64,000 bases of DNA from contig JBNGIO010005847.1 of the NCBI GenBank assembly GCA_049999805.1, positions 76,274-140,273 on the forward strand, given 5' to 3'. Within the stretch, counting starts at the first letter, position 1. Every line of letters starts with the position of its first letter. This stretch comes from Folioceros fuciformis. Taxonomy: Eukaryota. Both the position numbers and the translations under genes were made by a program. Shown here piece after piece: positions 62,394 through 64,000 of the stretch. The notes under the pieces are model-generated. The model had not been told where the DNA came from. It did no database searches and worked only from the letters and a program-made list of their open reading frames with translations.

Positions 62394-64000
62394 TCAGTGT
62401 CTCTCCGGAGGCAAAGATTTCCGATGCTTTATCCTTGAAGCAACTCGCCGCTCATCCATATCTTGAAGAACCTTCTTCATCCATTTTTTCTTGTCATTCA
62501 GGCCGGCAAGATGTACCATGAAATCCCCTTTCGCATATACACCTGTCAGTGAGGCCCCGTGTTAGGAATGACTACAGACCGCAGCCATGACCATGGCCGC
62601 CTTAAGGAAGCTTGCACTACAGCTCCGCAACAGGGAAAGCGAAACAAGAGATCGCAAACTGTGTACCTTGCCAGACAGACTTTCCGATGGTTATCAGCCG
62701 ATATCTGCTCCTCCAAGAGGGCCTCCAAAGGTTTGAGTTGAACAGACATTGCATGCGGGGAACTCGCACATGACCTTGCCGCTCTTCCGCAGGCATGCCG
62801 TTGATCAAAGCCTTGAGTGCATCATTATCTCCACTTTTGGACAGACCTGGTGGTTGAATAAAAGAAGTCTGATTCCACCATTTTTCAAAAAATTGTCGAC
62901 TCCATTCTGAATTCCTAACGAAAAACATCCCTGCATGACAAAGATATCAGAAAAATGCTGTGCAAGACTCAGTGTAGAGTGATTGCATAACATGCGAGGC
63001 GAGAGTGGCACACCTGCGTTCACTCCTGTAACATCCTCAGTCACGATAAAGTCGGGCATGTTCTCATATTCCATGTCCCCAACCACTGACAGAATGATGT
63101 CCTCCTGCAGAAATCAAAAAGAAGAAAGAAGTGAACTCATGGGCACAATTGCTAGAAAAAAGAAACAAAGTTGACAAGCTTGCTGCATCTTCTTTCTCGG
63201 ATGCATGAAGCTTTTAAGGTGACAACACAACGGATGTGGATTTGGACAAGCGGAGAGAAATGAGCTTACGAGGGCGACAGACGGATTGGTAACAACAGAG
63301 TCCTGCATGACGTGAAAAAGCCAGCATGAAGTAAACCATGAGTCACAGAGAAACTCCTTGTCGGACACGACAACATGTTTCCAGTAAGTTCACATAAACA
63401 TGCAGCTCCAACAGCAGCACATCCCAAGATAATGACCGTCTTACCACATCATTCCAAAACACCCAGTCGTAATTAGGCAAGTGCTTCAAGACCGCCAAAA
63501 TCTTGCTCCAACTGGGGGGCCGCTCTTTATCAAGCACGTCACTGGCGTCGATGAAGTCGTATCCATGTCTCTCAACATAACTCTTCTTGTTGGGTGTCAC
63601 TAAGTCCATCAGCCCTTCAAAAGACCTGTGAGGATTTTTGTTGGAACCATCCGAGCAAGTGACCATGGCAAAGCGGAAGGGTTTCCTGGCGGCGTCATGG
63701 CGGCGATGAAGCTCCAGGCTGCTACATTGCCTCCCTAAGTGGTTTGCCCTCTCCAGAACCAGGCCGGCTCCCAAAAAGGCAGTGCTGCTGACTAATAAAA
63801 AAATGGCAAGAAAAATGAAAAGTATCCTAACCAGGCGGTGAGACGACAAGAACCAGGTCTGCCTGGCCTCCGCGTCCTGCCTACCTAAATCGGTCTTCAT
63901 CGACTCCTGGCGCAGACATACATTATCCCTAACGGAATCCTTGGCTACACTAATGCAGAGGTCCCCAAGTCCGTCCGCGTCCACAGACTTAGACACTCGC
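62394..64000 (-). CDS. Glycosyltransferase family 34 (GMA12/MNN10-like), multi-exon; 5' end may lie at 63900 or beyond the window
   Basis: TM anchor, NKKSYVERHGYDF, RPPSWSKIL, YDWVFWND, DVTGVNAG, FFVRNSEWS, SGDNDAL and GDFMVHLAGL. Confidence 0.92.

Overview
Gene-dense eukaryotic nuclear DNA from a non-seed land plant. A hornwort such as Anthoceros is the best inference, from the short GT-AG introns, roughly one gene per 3-4 kb and a PPR protein ending in a 'GQSWWTD' PG-box variant. The first ~7.6 kb is a nest of dead transposons: a LINE 3' end inserted into a Ty1/copia pol, a 41-bp minisatellite, and a decayed PIF/Harbinger element with tandemly amplified end motifs. The rest holds about 19 protein-coding genes: NOL1/NOP2/Sun RNA methyltransferase, WAT1/UMAMIT transporter, PMT methyltransferase, a ~35-repeat PLS-class PPR protein, S28 peptidase, OEP21, COMT-like O-methyltransferase, LCMT1, ARP7, DPH4, DCP1, an intronless CDKB, an unknown gene, YIPF, eIF4A-III, plastid pyruvate kinase, an atypical dirigent, an RLP4-like receptor and a GT34. 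The most notable signals are an MSA (AACGG) cluster between CDKB and a divergent unknown gene, the very long deaminase-less WW-type PPR, a hairpin-bearing repeat array at 10.4-10.9 kb and a dirigent lacking canonical active-site residues. Gene models were assembled by eye; no database searches were run.
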